From the NCBI RefSeq assembly GCF_035084215.1, contig NW_027139969.1, forward strand, positions 1 through 64,000: a DNA stretch of 64,000 nt. The letters are read 5' to 3'. The stretch is from Heptranchias perlo (taxonomy: Eukaryota). Position numbers and translations under genes: made by a program. The notes under the pieces were generated by a model, which was not told the DNA's origin, made no database searches, and saw nothing but the letters and a program-made list of their open reading frames with translations. Numbering within the stretch: the stretch's first letter is position 1; the number at the start of each line of letters is the position of its first letter. Shown here piece by piece: positions 62,203 through 64,000 of this stretch.

Positions 62203-62384
62203 GTGAGTTACACTGAAGCCCCACGGCTGGATTTGATCACAAAGAAACCAACCTCCCCCAACCCCCCACCCCCCACCACACACACCCCCCAAACCACCCC
62301 CACACACACACCCCCATCCAGCCAGGGAGCAGGCACCAGCAAGGCAGGAAACAGAGGAGAGGACACTGGGTGGCTGGGCTTTGG

Positions 62385-62860
62385 GTACATGGTCCCCATT
62401 AGAGAGGTACATGGGCCATTAGAGAGGTACATGGGCCATTAGTGGGGTACATGGGCCATTAGTGGGGTACATGGGTCATTAGTGGGGTACATGGGTCATT
62501 AGAGGGGTACATGGGTCATTAGTGGGGTACATGGGTCATTAGAGGGGTAGATGGGTCATTAGAGGGGTACATGGGTTATTAGAGGGGTTCATGGGTCATT
62601 AGTGGGGTACATGGGCCATTAGCGGGGTACATGGGCCATTAGCGGGGTACTTGGGTCATTAGAGGGGTACATGGGCCATTAGAGGGGTTCATGGGTCATT
62701 AGAGGGGTACATGGGTCATTAGAGGGGTACATGGGTCATTAGAGGGGTACATGGGTCATTAGCGGGGTACATGGGCCATTAGAGGGGTACATGGGTCATT
62801 GGAGGGGTACATGGCCCCCATTAGCGGGTTACTTGGGCCATTCATGGGGTACATGGTCCC
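62385..62860 (-). repeat. Same 20-bp satellite, inverted
   Basis: AGWGGGGTACATGGGYCATT, about 23 copies. Confidence 0.95.
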
Positions 62861-62861
62861 T

Positions 62862-64000
62862 GTCAGTGGGATATTACCTCGTTAGTGGGATATTACCGTC
62901 AGTGGGATATTACCGTCAGTGGAATATTACCCCGTTAGGGGGATATTACTGTCAGTGGGATATTACCTCGTTAGTGGGATATTACTGTTCGTGGGATATT
63001 ACCCCGTTAGTGGGATATTACCTCGTTAGTGGGATATTACCGTCAGTGGGATATTACCCCGTTAGTGGGATATTACTGTTCGTGGGATATTACCCCGTTA
63101 GTGGGATATTACTGTTCGTGGGATATTACCCCGTTAGTGGGATATTACTGTTCGTGGGATATTACCGCTAGTGGGATATTGCCCCGTTAATGGGATCTTA
63201 TTGTTAGTGGGATATTACTGTTAGTGGGATATTACCCCCTAAGTGGGATATTACCGTTGGTGGGATATTACCCCATTAGTGGGATATTGCCCCGTTAATC
63301 GGATCTTACTGTTAGTGGGATATTACCGTTAGTGGGATATTGCCCCATTAGTGGGATATTACCGTGAGTGGGATATTACCGTTAGTGGGATATTGCCCCA
63401 TTAGTGGGATATTACTGTTAGTGGGATATTGCCCCATTAGTGGGATATTACCCCATTAGTGGGATATTACTGTTAGTGGGATATTGCCCCATTAGTGGGA
63501 TATTGCCCCGTTAGTGGGATATTACTGTTAGTGGGATATTATTTTAGTGGGATATTATTTTAGTGAGATATTACCGTCAGTGGGATATTGCCCCGTTAGT
63601 GGGATATTATTTTAGTGGGATATTACCCCATTAGTGGGATATTATTTTAGTGGGATATTACCCCGTTAGTGGGATATTATTTTAGTGGGATATTACCCCA
63701 TTAGTGGGATATTATTTTAGTGGGATATTACCGTCAGTGGGATATTACCCCGTTAGTGGGATATTATTTTAGTGGGATATTACCCCATTAGTGGGATATT
63801 ATTTTAGTGGGATATTACCCCGTTAGTGGGATATTATTTTAGTGGGATATTACCCCATTAGTGGGATATTATTTTAGTGGGATATTACCCCGTTAGTGGG
63901 ATATTATTTTAGTGGGATATTACCCCGTTAGTGGGATATTATTTTAGTGGGATATTACCGTCAGTGGGATATTACCCCGTTAGTGGGATATTACCCCGTT
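62862..64000. repeat. 16-20-bp satellite (TTAGTGGGATATTACCCCG), running off the window
   Basis: Direct inspection; late units alternate ...ATTATTTTAG and ...ATTACCCCRTTAG. Confidence 0.93.

Overview
Vertebrate genomic DNA, very likely a cartilaginous fish (shark), judged from DeuSINE (SacSINE1-like), CR1 and L2 retroposons and dense GC-rich minisatellites. It carries the block syntenic to human 11q13.1: BANF1 (-), EIF1AD (+, divergent CpG-island promoter shared with BANF1) and a complete 20-exon SART1 (-, 760 aa by my exon sums). Directly downstream of BANF1 is a second, divergent BAF-family gene (-) that has no ATG at the usual start position, so it is probably N-terminally extended. Upstream of SART1 is a GT31 B3GNT-like gene broken by about 8 small frameshifts, beside assembly gaps. 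Near the right end, a promoter with an RFX X-box and a first coding exon (possibly TSGA10IP/FAM161 family) lies between two inverted arrays of a 20-bp satellite; the left array is about 10.8 kb with higher-order periodicity. Other points: a solo LTR with a 5-bp TSD inside a minisatellite, minisatellites seeded from retroposon segments, a GC-AG intron in SART1, two 1-nt deletions in BANF1 and a spliced uORF in EIF1AD. Exon boundaries were read by hand; repeat boundaries are approximate.
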